From: a virus
Lineage: Duplodnaviria; Caudoviricetes
Virus record (IMG/VR): IMGVR_UViG_3300042465_004193
Coordinates: 1-25,040 of that record
Length of the DNA: 25,040 nt
Strand: one strand, 5' to 3'
The notes under the pieces were generated by a model. The model saw only the letters and a list, made by a program, of their open reading frames with translations. It did not search any database and was not told where the DNA came from. Each line of letters opens with the position of its first letter. Position 1 is the stretch's first letter. The translations under genes were made by a program, and so were the position numbers. Below are positions 23,801 to 25,040 of the stretch, one piece after another.

Positions 23801-25040
23801 GAGTAAGCCTTAAATGCTTTATCTAAAAGACTTCTTACAATTGACTCGTTATACTTTGTTACTTTAGCTTCGCCTTCGCCTTCTAATAAAATCCTTAATT
23901 GTTCAGGAGTCATATCTGATGCATCAATATCCATCAACTCCTGTATCTCTGCTCTTTGCTCTTCTAATATTTTTTTATCTTGAACTCTTAACGTATCACT
24001 AATATATCTTGTGGCATCTTGAATACTTACAACGTCAGAGAATTTAACTTTCTCTCCTCTTAAAGTAGAACCCTTTACAGAACTCTTAATTTGAGAAGCC
24101 ATCTCATTATACGCATAAATATCCTCCACCATTGATGGGTCAATATTTATAAACTCTTCCGCTAACTTTCTAAAATCTGCATTCTTATCTTTATTCTTAG
24201 ATAGTTTTTTAATATCTGCTTTAAGACCACTTGCTGTTTTTAACTGAGCACCGTACTCTGCATCTGCAAATACCTTACCCATATAGTCAACAAATCTTGA
24301 TACAGATGTAGGGCTTAACATATTTACTTTAGCAAACTTGCTTATAATAAAACCTCCCTGTCTTGCTGTAATATTACCCGACTTCACAAGCGCTTTAATC
24401 TCTTGAGCCATTAATATAGCTGCTTTTTTTGTAGCTGCTACTGCTGTCTTTGCTCCCTCTTGTAGGTCTTTAAGTCGCTTAATATAAAGCTGCTTCTCGG
24501 TTAGCGTAAACTTCTTAACATCTTTTAGTGTACCAAATAACTTCGCTACGCTTGGCGCAGACTTTAGGTTGATACCAAATTTAGTCTTAATATCGCGGAT
24601 AATTTTTTCGCGTTGTACGTCTGTGGCATTCTCGTAAACCTTAGACCCCATCACGTAACTAATTACGTTCTCAGTTATCTTTGCTTGGTCTACATTACGT
24701 TTCTTAGACTTCTCTATGATGCCCTCAACTTCACCCATCATCCTGTCAAATCCTTGAGATAACTTCTCAGATATTTTTACTCTTGCAGATGCAGGAGTCT
24801 CGGGAGACATAGCACTTTTAATTTTAGATGCAGGTACACCTTCACCTTCTAAGAATAATTTAATGGCTTCCTCAGAAAATCCTTGAGCTCTTGCTTCTTT
24901 AACAACCTTAGTAATTGGGTCTGTTAATTGAGCCCTTGATATAGGTGATTGTTTTTCTTTAATATTGCGAGCTTGTTCTTCTAATATAGGATTGTCACTA
25001 AAAAAATCGTGTCCAATATATTCTAATTTACCTAAATCTT
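20806..25040 (-). CDS. very large helical phage protein, 5'-truncated by the window; probable internal virion/ejection protein
   Basis: frame has no stop from 24810 to the window end, so more than 1400 aa; alpha-helical, K/E-rich; opposite strand to the replication genes. Confidence 0.75.
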   Translation of the reverse strand, partial: DLGKLEYIGHDFFSDNPILEEQARNIKEKQSPISRAQLTDPITKVVKEARAQGFSEEAIKLFLEGEGVPASKIKSAMSPETPASARVKISEKLSQGFDRMMGEVEGIIEKSKKRNVDQAKITENVISYVMGSKVYENATDVQREKIIRDIKTKFGINLKSAPSVAKLFGTLKDVKKFTLTEKQLYIKRLKDLQEGAKTAVAATKKAAILMAQEIKALVKSGNITARQGGFIISKFAKVNMLSPTSVSRFVDYMGKVFADAEYGAQLKTASGLKADIKKLSKNKDKNADFRKLAEEFINIDPSMVEDIYAYNEMASQIKSSVKGSTLRGEKVKFSDVVSIQDATRYISDTLRVQDKKILEEQRAEIQELMDIDASDMTPEQLRILLEGEGEAKVTKYNESIVRSLLDKAFKAYSGVINEILKTNYDAFYTGEKVELTKNQKTLIKQFMDMDLSILTPKESLQAVDALANFIQNQSTAKMQTVVSDYTGRLNARKLAKSGIKAQPLMKYFSKGFGRFLAEQTTTLPILFEKMFKGFNRSGEVQDMMGVTNLINGKSNAQTKSNIIVNNYVKQFFNKKANGEAFNTEYNNVERNMSSFMMRNVIGTEQEMKSEFNRRKNLLEESIEVLSKGNDVEKQKGKLYQKAYDKILADTNNIQEIKNKTDKTNLEAIDFWMNEWANIYQELSDVSENIYNKILEKDINYSSPDRFAKISSDTGEVDLANDESAFHNNNGTIYKKETGVLMKATKPETLPTNKKNGKPTSYIELSFDKNNSNAMYDALVDIKTAAPIRQIEAFENSEDFEKIVPTADDAKILKDRIQLYIRNIRNKNPYTDDQFSKAVRRLNRLAAFGVGQALGGVTQPIKQTVSVGTNTLINAGSLDVMGAFDAAKQKFISESGYGIANRGVESQAQIESLNKLIDIASKGNFDKTIKTIEKVNQEYLELFLVNPDVFIARASWMTYYEKSLKEQGVDTKGIDYNTHELNEKAANYAQRMVDRQQNISDVDLSGKLFASKESANQVLVKMLMPFASFRMNQSARLGADLATLSDKTATAEDKKIAAKSVAGFGVELATFKMISAGIAITLGTLTKMGMGEDEDEEEKDKRMNDIIKGQWTGTITDIISPLPIVDKPIQAAVETVSTLLEEGTGLPVSTFGVRKSDWTSNLGTFGISAQRATELYDMTKLAATGEYTDDFNKKHTISSERQEQITYLLPFAMLSNMGLAPSEVNTVVKNAVKYAKKNTKSTAEKAQAKENKEERESNKQEKINALKSIIEESNDEAIIKQAREKIDEVDADSEEKKAIKQENAQEKQAKKKLLVDPDTGEEYDSESDLKRYNKDLWEQNFGEGSDWYESHKEEKEVESLLRKKVQQMKDEKMNYTGRNSDGSVKRFGASGTKKTQRFGASGKGKTKRFGS

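Noticed and set aside
24810-25040. ATG at 24810 as the true start of the large protein
   Set aside because: The reading frame stays open to the window edge
1-25040. Stop-codon reassignment
   Set aside because: Genes are intact and densely packed under the standard bacterial code, with TAA, TAG and TGA all used as stops

Overview
About 25 kb of a double-stranded DNA bacteriophage genome (no integrase or host genes seen). The host is most likely a Bacteroidota bacterium, given TAnnTTTG-type promoters and A-rich leaders without Shine-Dalgarno sites. Left (1-3830, mostly minus strand): phage-encoded GroEL, a HEXXH metallopeptidase-like gene, a secreted/membrane protein and small basic ORFs. A GC-rich strand-switch region (3880-4440) probably holds a genome terminus. 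A plus-strand early region (4448-11712) follows, with an HTH-like first gene, an amidoligase, a GATase-GGCT-Zn ribbon fusion and many small cassette-like ORFs. Next comes a recombination/replication module (Sak3-like annealase, PD-(D/E)XK exonuclease, SSB, primase-helicase, DUF3310, SF2 helicase, VRR-NUC, two DnaA domain IV-like proteins). The window ends in the 3' part of a very large convergent, probably virion, protein. Non-coding structure is unusually rich: two type III hammerhead ribozymes, each overlapped by a competing hairpin just after a stop codon; a tRNA-like minihelix; a pseudoknot before the SSB gene; six copies of a 16-bp palindrome with increasing spacing; a strand-polarised GCGGTG cluster that fits Chi-like protection of a terminal repeat; and two copies of an origin-like element. 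All calls come from reading the sequence by eye; no searches were run.
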